DNA of 64,000 nt from Phyllobates terribilis. Its lineage: Eukaryota. Shown here in pieces: positions 34,791 through 45,720 of the stretch. Under the pieces are notes generated by a model. The model was not told where the DNA came from. It worked only from the letters and a program-made list of their open reading frames with translations, and searched no databases. The position numbers were made by a program, and so were the translations under genes. Position 1 is the stretch's first letter, and the number at the start of each line of letters is the position of its first letter. The stretch is taken from NCBI RefSeq assembly GCF_046119375.1, contig NW_027362762.1:90768001-90832000 (forward strand), read 5' to 3'.

Positions 34791-37700
34791 AACACATTAC
34801 AAATCTATATATGTTTTTCCTTTATCAAGATCTGCAATACAATTTATTTGTTCATCTCTGCTGCCACCTTGTGGCGTTACTTATAACTATACTATTGACT
34901 CAACTCTCAGATTGAAATATAATATACAAAATAATTAACCTGGAGCTGGATATCGGGTTAAGAAATAATAACTGATGGCCACATAAAAGTATTGCTCCAG
35001 ACCTCACCGCCTATAGAGAGATAATAACCTGACAGATGTGTACAATATACTGACCAAAACGTATGGGGAGAGACGCGTAGAATCATTACAGAGTGAGCAG
35101 AGAACCACAGCCTATCTGACAACACTAGATTGATTCCTTATAAAAGGAGCATACACTACTGGAGAAGTTATGCCACCAAAATTACAGGTAAATATAGGTA
35201 TAATATAAGTATAAATAGGTAAAAAAAACAAAGTAGCTGGGGCAGACCCTCTAGACGTGGAACTGGAGGCAACACCAGCATTAATGGCCTTGGTCTCCCC
35301 TTTAGATGCACAAGGCGGTTCTCAAGATTCTCCATCTGATCCTGAATCTAGTGGTATGGACTTTATCTCAGGAAATAAATTTGTACAAAAATATCTTATT
35401 CATCTCCCCATTAAAGAAGGTTTCAAGTCCCAGGTTTCTGAAGTCAAAGATACAAGCAGAGCAGAAATTAACTACACGTCAGGATCTTGGGCTCCTTGTG
35501 GACAGAATGGACTCCATGGAAACCGAACATGATATTACCAGGCAATACATTTCTAAACTACAGAGCTGTGTTACTACATGCCCTAAAGTTTTGGATGAAA
35601 CAATCAATCACCTTGAAGACTTGGACTATAGAGGTCGGCATAACAATATGAGGGTAAAGGGCATTCTCGAAGCAACGGGCACTGAGGACCTTTATGCTTT
35701 GCTTGAATCTGTATTAAACTCCATCCTGTGACAACCTGCCTCCCACAAAATAAAGCTAGAGAGAGCGCAAAGGGCACTTTGCCCTACGGTAAGAGCTTCC
35801 AAGTTTAACCACGTGATGTGATTTGTTGTGTTCACGATTTCCAACTGAAGGAGTCTATAATGTCACAAGCCAGCACTCTCTGCAGGATTGAATATGAAGG
35901 GACCCCCATACAGATATATCCTGACCTCTCTTGGATTACTCTCCAAAGAAGAAGGCATCTAAAACCGCTCTTTCTTGCCCTGAAAAATAAGGATCTCAAG
36001 TATCGATGGGGTTTTACATCTGCACTCATTGTCATGAAAAATGGGCGCTCCATTGTCCTACGTTCCCTCAAATATCTTCCGGCCTTCTGCTCTGAACTGG
36101 AGATCATGCCTCCTAAATTGGCAGACTAGGACTTGGATCTTCCCACTGCACCATCCTCGCCAGTCTGGCAACGCAAGGGCTTCAGAAGAAGCGGCCCCCC
36201 ATCCAGGGAAATTTCACAGTTAAATCCGACCTGAGTGATCTCGCTTATTATCATGATAATTTTCCATTTGATATTGTTCCCTTGCAGGATGGTTTGATAA
36301 TGTTAACCTTATTTCATTTTATCTCGTATCTCTTTATATTTACCTGATGTATAATTAGGGGGTGAGTGAGGAGTAGCTCATCTTCCCTCTCACTCGTGTT
36401 TTACCTTCATCTTTAGGTACTATCATACTGTGCCTTTTGTCACTATCCCCACATTGTCTCCATTCGTTCACAACTGAAGGATATTACTATTCTCAAAACG
36501 GAAAAAACTTCTGCTTTACAGTAAGCAAAAACATTATAAGGGGAATAAGTCTCACTCCCTTTTGGTAAAACAACTTAGGAAGGACAGCGGGAGGTAATCT
36601 ATATATGCACTTAAAGATAACAAAGGGACAGTTCTGTATGACCCCACCAAAATTGCTAGGATTTTTCATGCTTATCTATACAAATACTACTCTCTTCGTG
36701 ATACTCTCCCTTCTAACCCAGAAGAAAGGAAAGTAATCATTCAAGAATGCCTTAGGAAATATAAACTTCCTTCCCTTCCCACAGAGGCCATAGCTTTCCT
36801 AAATAAAGAAATCACTCAAGAGGAAATAGACAATGTACTCAAATTACTTCCTAACCGTAAATCTCCTGGCCAAGACTGACTGACTCAAAGTGCTCCTAAT
36901 TCCCCATTTAGTTACTCGATTTAATTAACTTCTCACGGGCTCGCCAATACCCCCCAATATGCTACATTCATATATCACCCCCATTCGAATTCTAGGCCCA
37001 TAGCCCTACTTAATGCAGATTTAAATATCTTCACTAAAATTCTAGAGCTGCGTTTGTTGGCTTGGCGTCCTCATCTTGTACATAAAAATCAGGTAGGATT
37101 TATACCTTCAAAAAAAAAAAAGGAAAAATTGCCGGCTCCCAAATAACTGTAATCCAGTATGCACAGAAAACACAATCTGGCCAGTCGTGTGACAAGTAGA
37201 GGAAACATGAAAATTTGATACCGCTCATCGTAAAAATTAGTTGATTTTTATTCCATATAACATGTTACATCCAAGACAGAAAATGGGAAAAAAAAGAAGA
37301 AAGGGGCAGCTCTCCTTGTGCAGGTCAGACAATAAGAGACTAGAGTAGAGCAAGCCTACTGTATGAGTTGTGCGGTTCCAGGCACAATTCTGATAACCGC
37401 AAATAGACACTACAATGGCTGCTACTCAACCCTCTGGATCCAAGACTTGGACCCAGATAGTCAATTGTGAGGTTGAAAAAAATAAAGGGTTTAAAAAGCG
37501 CTGCCAATTCTGGACCAAGGGATGGGTACCAAAATATTGGGTATAAAAACTTCTATTTCTTAATTACCGTATATACTCGAGTATAAGCCGACTTTTTTCA
37601 CCATATTTTTATGCTGAAAAGGCCCCCCTCGGCTTATACTCGGGTATATACTTATATATACTTCTATATACAGTATACATCGGTGGGGTGGGGGGGTTGC

Positions 37701-37980
37701 GATGGCAGAGGAGTGTGCGCAGGCACTAGCCACAGATTACCACGTGTGCCCGCTGCGAAAGAAAATGAATATTCACCCCTCTCCACGCCCATGGGAGTGG
37801 AGAGGGGTGAATATTCATTCTCCTTAATAGCGCAGTGTGAGTCGCAGCTGCCGCATCCTGCTGCGGCTCAGCTATCCTCTGTGCCCGCTATTAGTGAGAA
37901 TGCATATTCATTCTCTTTAGCACACGTGATCACAGAGCCGCTGCAGGAAGCGGCAGCTGCGACTCACACTGCGCTATTAA

Positions 37981-38514
37981 AGAAGCTGTCCAGTACTTTA
38001 TATTACCCCCCCAATGTAGCCCCCCGGGGTCCCTAAGGATTTTTGTAAATACCTTACGTTGCTGTTTCTGCCTGTGAGCGGCGCTATCACTGACCGCTCA
38101 CAGGCATCACGTGACCCCACGCTGACGTCACGACAAGAGAGGCGTGACTCAGCGCTTGGGTCCCCGCGGTGGCTGCTGGGTTGTGGGCAGGGTTACCCCC
38201 ACCAGCGTAACACCCAGCATCCACCGCGCGCTTTCCCAATGAATGGGGAGAGGCAGAGCGCGCGGTGGATGCCGGGTGTGACCCCACCCACAGCCTGGCA
38301 TCCACCGTGGAACGCATAAGACAGGGACCCCCGGCTGCTGCCAGCACTTGTCGTGATGTCAGCGCCGGCTGCAGACGGGGGTCACGTGATGCCTGTGAGC
38401 GGCCAGTGATAGCGCCGCTCACAGGCAGTAACTGCAACGTAAGGTAATTACAGTAAGTCTTAGGGGCCCCGGGGGATACATTGGTGGGGTAATCTAAAGT
38501 ACTGGACAACCCCT
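37981..38514. mobile_element. T2/Kolobok-type MITE, near-complete palindrome, TTAA TSD
   Basis: TTAA-AGAAGCTGTCCAGTAC … GTACTGGACAACCCCT-TTAA with long inverted arms. Confidence 0.8.
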
Positions 38515-38739
38515 TTAAGAATGACTAACTATTCTCTCCTCTCCACGCGCATAGTCACGGCGGGGAGAGGAGTAAATATCCCTGCAGCTCACCTCGGCAT
38601 CTGAGGATGCATGGCAGTGATGTCATGCGCTGCTCAGATGCTGAGGTGAGATGCTGACAGACAGGACGCAGCGCTGGAGCAGAGGGGAGGAAGGTGAGTA
38701 GGGGTGTTTATATTTTTTTGATGTGTGCAGTGATGGCTG

Positions 38740-38960
38740 GCCATGCTTACCGGGATAGGAGGTCATGCTTACCAGGATTGAGATGAAGGGTGTCATGCAT
38801 ACCAGGATTGGGGATGAGGGGGCCATGCATACCATGATTGGGAGGAGGGGTGCCATGCATACCATGATTGGGAGGAGGGGTGCCATGCATACCATGATTG
38901 GGAGGAGGGGTGCCATGCATACCAGGATTGGGGATGAGGGGGCCATGCATACCATGATTG
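38740..38960. repeat. 30-bp tandem repeat, ~7 copies
   Basis: CATGCATACCATGATTGGGAGGAGGGGTGC. Confidence 0.92.
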
Positions 38961-39645
38961 AGATGATTTGTGGTAAAATTAGGGGCCTCGGCTTATACTC
39001 AAGTATATACGGTATTAATAATAAATATAATTTTTTTATACCCAATATTTTGGTACCCATCCCATGGTCCAGAAATGGCAGTGCTTTTTAAACCCTTTAT
39101 TTTTTTCAACCTCTCAACATCCAAGACAGAAGATAGAAAGCAACAAGTTTCAAACATAGTCCAACGTTCTTTGTCAGAGCTTGTTGGAATGAGCAACGTT
39201 CAATGCTCAGGTGAACAAATCAAAAACTTGATGAAGAAAAGAGGGGGAAGGGAAAGAAAAACAATTGTAATGAAATACAAACATGAATACAATTCAGCAA
39301 AACATAAATTCTAAATAAAATTACTTGAAAAAAACTGCAAGAAAAAACACAAGAAAATAGTAATGATGCATGATTTTACTCTGTAAATTCAAACCTTGGT
39401 GAAAGCGAGTGCCAAGGATTTATAACTTACAGGCAGGGAGGAGATAATACAAGAAAGGTAATAGACCTTACAGAGGTAGTAAATAATACGGAGAGCTCAA
39501 CACTATTCCTTAGTTCAGACGCGGAAAAAGCCGTCAATCATCTAGGATGGTCATTTATGTTTGAAACTTTGAACCAATTTGGACTCTTGGGACCATTCGT
39601 TACAGCTCTAAGAAGTCTATACTCCCAACCATCAGCGTCAGTTAA

Positions 39646-41014
39646 AGGGAATTTTCCACGAAAGTTCATTTTTATTAATAGATCTTATATTTATAATAAC
39701 TTTCACAATTGGATGTGTTTAAATGAAATGTTCCTGTGCTGAGATAATCTTATAAATGTGCCCCTGCTGTGTACTGTGTAATGGCTGTGTCTGACCTTAC
39801 AGGAACATGGTCTGATCATACCACAGCTCCTGGGCAGGGGAGGAAGCAAAAGAGAGTATACAGACAGGACAGCAGGGGATCACAGCTGATTCTTTCTGTG
39901 AAGTGAAACAGATCACTGTCTGTTTTTAAACAATGTTTTACTTCAAAGAATCAGCTGTGATCCCCTGCTGTAATGTCTGTATACTCTCTTTTGCTTCCTC
40001 CCCTGCCCAGGAGATGTGGTATGATCAGACCATGTTTCGTACACGGTCAGACACAGCCATTACACAGTACACAGCAGGGGACATTTATAAGATTATCTCA
40101 GAACAGGAACATTTTATTTAAATACATTCAATTGTGGAAGGTATTATTATTCCAAGATATAGGCTGCGTGCCTACGATGCGTTTTTCATGTGTTTCCGCT
40201 GCGGAATTTCCGCAGCGGAAACGCATCAAAAACGCTTGGTAATCCGCACCCCATGGTCCCCAATGGCATTCCTTAATGTCAATGCACATGCTGCGGATTT
40301 TTCCGCAGCGTTTCTGCAGTGCTCATAAATCCGCAGCATGTTCATTAATTTTGCGGAGAATTGCCGCCATTGACTTGCATTGAGACGCATAGAATCCGTG
40401 TCTGTACATTTGTACACGCGGATTATATGCGTTTCAATGTGCAGATGGTACCCGGTTCTGGAGGAGAGAAGACTCTCATCCAGACCTGGGTACCATTGTA
40501 CCTGTAAAAAAAAGAATAAAATAATAAAGTTATACTCACCTGTCCGGCAGCTTCTCTCTGCTTGCCGGCAGCGCTTATCTTCCAGGACCTGAGATGAAGT
40601 CGCGGTCATGTGACCGCAGGCTGTCTCGCGAGAGCCCGGCAACCAGGAAGAAGCCAGGACGAGCGCGACAGCACACGCGGCGGGGCATCGGAGGTAAGTA
40701 TAGCTTTATTTTTTTATGGTCACACTATATAAATCCATGCTGTTTGCATGGATTTATACAGTGTGACCTAGTTGTCAAGCACTTTCCAAGTGATGCTATC
40801 GCCTGGAAAGTGCTGGTCAGACCACATGCGGAAACACATGCGTTAACGCATGTGAATCCGCATGTATTCTGCAGGAAAAACACATGCACAATCTGCATGC
40901 GTTTTTTCTGCCAGGGAGATGCAGAAATGCTGCAGAAATTTTCTGCTTCATTTCTGCATCGTGGGCACATAGCCATATTGATTAAAATTAACTTTTGTTT
41001 GTGGGAAAACCCCT
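39646..41014. mobile_element. T2/Kolobok-type MITE (TTAA TSD) containing a Harbinger-like MITE
   Basis: TTAA-AGGGAATTTTCCAC … GTGGGAAAACCCCT-TTAA; the L1 sequence resumes on both sides. Confidence 0.75.
40162..40974. mobile_element. Harbinger/PIF-like MITE
   Basis: GGCTGCGTGCCTACGATGC … GCATCGTGGGCACATAGCC with 3-bp duplication ATA. Confidence 0.75.
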
Positions 41015-41333
41015 TTAAACTTCCACACGCATTATCTCAACATTTTTCAACGCACAATGGCACCCACCAGGGGTGCCTTCTATCTCCCTTACTCTTTGTT
41101 TTATGCATAGAACCATTAGCTGCAGCCATACGTCTTGACCCAAACATTCATGGAGTGATGGTGAGGGATAGGGAATTTAAACTATCCTTATTTGCGAATG
41201 ATGTTTTAGTGACACTATCAAAATTACATATTACCCTCCACAATTTACTTGCTCTCTTGGGACATTTTGGCCAACTCTCGGGCTATAAAGTTAATATCCT
41301 GAATAGCTCACTAGGTCCGATAAATGAAAACTA

Positions 41334-42273
41334 CACTGCTCAAAAAAAATAAAGGGAACACTCAAATAACACATCCTGGATCTGAATGAATGAAATATTC
41401 TCATTGAATACTTTGTTCTGTACAAAGTAGAATGTGCTGACAACAAAATCACACAAAAATCATCAATGGAAATCAAATTTATTAACAAATCGAGGCCTGG
41501 ATTTGGAGTCACCCCCAAAATTAAAGTGGAAAAACACACTACAGGCTGATCCAACTTTGATGTAATGTCCTTAAAACAAGTCAAAATGAGGCTCAGTATT
41601 GTGTGTGGCCTCCACGTGCCTGTATGAACTCCCTACAATGCCTGGGCATGCTCCTGATGAGGTTGCGGATGTGGGATCTCCTCCCAGACCTGGACTAAAG
41701 CATCCGCCAACTCCTGGACAGTCTGTGGTGCAAAGTGACGTTGGTGGATGGAGCAAGACATGATGTCCCAGATGTGCTCAATCGGATTCAGGTCTGAGGA
41801 ACGGGCAGGCCAGTCCATAGCTTCAATGCCTTCATCTTGCAGGAACTGCTGACACACTCCAGCCACATGAGGTCTTGCATTGTCCTGCATTAGGAGGAAC
41901 CCAAGGCCAACCGCACCAGCATATGGTCTCACAAGGGGTCTGAGGATCTCATCTCGGTACCTAATGGCAGTCAGGCTACCTCTGGCGAGGACATGGAGGT
42001 CTGTGCGACCCTCCAAAGAAATGCAACCCCACACCATTTCTGACCCACTGCCAAACCAGTCATGCTGAAGGATGTTGCAGTCAGCAGATCGCTCTCTACG
42101 GTGTCTCCAGACTCTGTCACATGTGCTCAGTGTAAACCTGCTTTCATCTGTGAAGAGCACAGGGCGCCAGTGGCGACTTTGCCAATCCTGGTGTTCTGTG
42201 GAAAATGCCAAGCATCCTGCATGGTGTTGGGCTGTGAACACAACCCCCATCTGTGGACGTCGGGTCCTCATAC
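41334..42273 (-). mobile_element. Tc1 transposon 3' half with DD34E transposase remnant
   Basis: TA-CACTGCTCAAAAAAA TIR; VLFTDESRF, LMQDNARPH, WPARSSDLNPIEHIWD. Confidence 0.93.
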
Positions 42274-42823
42274 CACATTTATTCATTGAACTTAAACGGT
42301 TATTAGCTACGTAGAATGATCTCCCGTTATCACGTTTCAGAAGAATCTCAGCGGTCAAAATAGCCATACTCCGGAAGCTTCTTTACTTGTTTGAAACTCT
42401 TCTTGTAAGTGTTCAATCATTTATCCTTCAATTTTTTTGGACCCACAAAAGGCATAGGAATAAAAATCAAATTCTACTTGCAAGCAAATTAAGAGGTTGA
42501 CTGGGGGTCCCTGATGTTAAATACTACTGGGCAGCCCACTTACATCATATCCCAGTGTGGTCTAACCTCAGAGTATTTTCTAGGTGGATGGAGGTTGAGA
42601 AGCTTTGGTTAGCTTCAATACACCCTAACGCTTACCTTTGGGGGACCTCTTTCAATAAATTAGATTCACATACTGTATGCTAGGTCCAATAATTTTTACC
42701 AAAGCGATTTGGGATTCATGCTCTAAAAAATTCCCAATTATTTCTGAACATTCTCTTCTGACCTCTTTTCTATTTAACCATGAGTTACCAGATAATTTAA
42801 ATAACAATCAGACCAAACCATGG

Positions 42824-43272
42824 TGTAACTATTCCACTCCTCAGTGCTGAACTGTCTGTGCAGCTTGGTTGTCCAGTCTGGTGCAGGGGCGTGCTGTGTT
42901 TTTATTGACAGCTCGGCCATCCAATCTGAGACTAGGAGGTGCTGGCTGTCCCGAGGTGTTCATTGTCGCAGGTGATTGCTTTGCTACTTAGCTGGACTGT
43001 TAGTCCCAGACGTACATTCAGCTCTGTGTGGTTAGTCTCTCTGTGCCTGTGTTCTGCTGTTTGATCTTTCACTGCCTGACCTTGTTCTGACCATCCATCT
43101 GTTTAACCCCTTTGTTCTGATCCACTATCTTCCTGGTATTTTGACCTCGGACCGTTACCTCACTATGCCTTTGTCTCTTCCCTGTTTTTGGCGTACCCTC
43201 CTGGTGTTTGACCTCGGACTCCTCGATTATCTCAACTCATGGCTTGTGAATGAGAAGTGACTCAGTGTCACA
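42824..43272. mobile_element. Possible solo LTR
   Basis: TGTAAC…TGTCACA ends; no matching TSD. Confidence 0.35.
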
Positions 43273-43402
43273 GGTAACAATAGAAAATGGACTCCAAAAT
43301 GTGTTGTTCAATTTCTATTGAGTACGCCAATACCCCGTATGTGGGAGAAAACTACTGTTTGAGTGCATGACAGGGTGACAGGGTTCGAAAGGGAAGGAGC
43401 AG

Positions 43403-44419
43403 TGTGATAAAACAGCTTATCTTAATAAGCCAGATGTCTAGATTTGTTAAGCCAAGCGAAATACACTATTGTGTTGACTTGTGAAGGTATGTGTATTTCT
43501 GTGGCTGGTCAAGAAGGGCATACTATTATGTGTATAAACCTGAATGTTGGCTTCTCTTGGTTTGGAAACAATAATGTTTGTTAATATGCTAATTGCGATG
43601 TGATTTACAAGAGCTCCCTGCTATACCAACTATGTAAATTGATTAAATGCACAAACAATGAGACCTGAGCCCTGTGGAATAATACCCTCCCTAATCCTTG
43701 ACCTGTGTATGTGTACTTGAAAGGACAACTAAGTATTTTAGGGACATATGCCTCTGTAGCAGGGAGAATTGAAAGAGAGAGAGAATCAAAGATCAGTCAG
43801 ACTCTTCACGTCATCAGCTTGGTAGCATGGCTCCATACAGAGACACAAATTTGGATTCTACATGATTCCAGCCTAAGGATACACGGCCCTGACTGGAAGG
43901 ATACAGATCTGCTTCATTTGACCATCAGAGAACCCATCGATACATTTAGGGAAATCAGGTTGGGCTAATGAGGTCACCTGGCCCCATGGATATGTTGTTT
44001 GGGATTGCCAAGTGGGACCCTCCAGTCGCCTGGTACCCATGGAAACGTTCAGAGAAGCCAGATTGGGACCAGACGGTCATCTGGCCCCATGGAAACTCTC
44101 AGAGAGGCCAGGGTGGGACCGTCAGGTCTCCTGGCCTTGATGGACAGTCAGCTTATGCTTGCCGCTACCTCCTCTCTGTGAGGGTCCGCCAAAAGCAGGG
44201 GGCCACTGGTTGAGGTAGTTGGCCCTGAAAGTCACAGCTGATCTATTCACAGCGGGCCAGCAGAAGCGTGAGACTGTGCAATGTTGTACCATCTTGTGCA
44301 TTAGCTGGGACTGTTCTGTTTATTCTCCATTTGGTGGTTCAAAAAAAATATTGCCACACTGTTTTACACTCTCCCTGTGTTGTTAGTATTATGCCCACGG
44401 ACGACCTCGTGTCTTCACA
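43403..44419. mobile_element. Probable solo LTR (~1 kb)
   Basis: TGTG…CACA ends, flanks AGCAG/AGCAC; interrupts the piggyBac subterminal repeat. Confidence 0.5.
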
Positions 44420-45199
44420 AGCACTTTTTGAACTCAAAAATGTCTGGAATCGACAGCGGACACCATGTCGCGTTTGGAGAGCCCCTAATGTGTTTTATCA
44501 GTGAAAACCCGCCACAAGTGACCCCATTTTGGAAACTAGACCCCTCAAGGAATTTATCTAGGTGTAAGGTGAGCACCTTTAACCCCCATATGCTTCACAG
44601 CACTTTATAACATAGAGCCCTGAAAATCATATTTTTCCCACAAAACTGTTATTTTAACCCCACATTTTTTATGTTCACAAGGGTAATAGGAGAAAATGAA
44701 CAACAAAATTTTTTGTGCAATCTCTCCTGAGCATGCCGATGCCCCATATATGGGGGAAAACTACTGTTTGGGCGCACGGCAGGGCACAGACTTTGATGGA
44801 ATGGTTTGCGGGCGTCGTGTCGTATTTGTAGAGCCCGATGTGCCTAAACAGTGGAAAACCCCCAAAAGTGACCTTATTTTGGGATTGTGAAAAGAAAAGA
44901 AAGGGCGCATGTGTAGACTCACAGGGCTATTTAATTAATTTAAAAAGTGCCAGTACACTCACCTGTGATGGTTGTGTACGTCTACACAACCAAGATTAAG
45001 AGTGTGATTAATGAGGCTCCGGGTCGCCTCTATTTTGGGATTGATCTAGTGTTTACCTGGAATGTGAATTGTATAATGTAGTGGCATACGTGAGTGGCGT
45101 AGAGTGCTTCAGGTTGGCATACATGAGTTGTGTAGAGTGCATCAGGTTGGCATACATGAGTAGTGTAGAGTGGAACAGGTAGGCATTCGTGTTGCTGAT

Positions 45200-45720
45200 G
45201 TGATCAATGACCTGCGGAACTTTGAAAAGTCGGTCAAAGTTGGGGTTATCTCGGGGATGGGGTCATTAGCGTTGTAATGCATAAATTTGTGAATGGCCTC
45301 AAATCGTGTATGGGACATAGCCATGCGGAAAAGTGGAGTGTTGTATAAAACATCAACCCTCCAATATTGCCAAAGTTCTGGCTTCTTCACTAACCCCATG
45401 TGAAGGACAAGGCCTCAAAACATAATTTCTACTGCGTCTACAGGGGTCCAGTTAGAACATGATGAAGTGGGGTTTTGGGCCAAAAACTACTGGGCGTAGA
45501 ATTTGCGTCGGCCACCATGAAGTTTACAAAATTCTCAGAGAAAAAGACTTTGAAAGTCGATTTCTGTGAGGTCGGTAGTGTCAAATTTGATTCCTGATTG
45601 CGCAACAAAATCAGGAATCTGTGTCTCTTAATCTCCGGGGAGTGATGTCCATACGGGGTCAGAAACGGTAGGTGCTTGTTCATTTTCTGTCCTGGGTCGT
45701 CTGTGTGGCGGTTTGGTATC
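45200..45720 (-). pseudogene. piggyBac (PGBD4-like) transposase N-terminal fragment
   Basis: DPVWT…QIPDFVAQSGI…EIDF/KVFFSENFVNFMV, then MGLVKKPELWQYW…YNTPLFRMAMSHTRFEAIHKFMHYN; stops and frameshifts. Confidence 0.85.

Larger units (their letters stand above)
37567..39012. mobile_element. Tc1/pogo-like MITE with TA TSD
   Basis: TA-CCGTATATACTCGAGTATAAGCCGA … TCGGCTTATACTCAAGTATATACGG-TA. Confidence 0.85.
37282..39116 (-). mobile_element. Insertion with 15-bp TSD and inverted internal segments, itself interrupted by MITEs
   Basis: ACATCCAAGACAGAA at 37267-37281 and 39117-39131; ~37470-37550 is inverted at ~39035-39116. Confidence 0.6.
35250..42800 (+). mobile_element. L1-clade LINE, decayed and split by many insertions
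   Basis: ORF1 RGRHNNMRVKGILE, IYPDLSWITLQRRR (35306-36129). ORF2 pieces KSPG / RPI.LLN (36840-37100), DAEKA (39520), NGTHQGCLLSPLLF…LFANDVLV (41050-41320). Confidence 0.85.
43275..45720 (-). mobile_element. piggyBac-family remnant with subterminal repeats and partial transposase
   Basis: Repeated GGGAGAAAACTACTGTTTG and AAGTGACCCCATTTTGG blocks plus transposase fragments. Confidence 0.7.

Noticed and set aside
38623-39091. Repetitive ORFs (MHTMIGRRGA / MAPLLPIMVC)
   Set aside because: Translations of a 30-bp tandem repeat inside a MITE.
41650-41680. Additional hammerhead (CTGATGA)
   Set aside because: Lies inside Tc1 coding sequence, with no helix II or GAAA at the right spacing.
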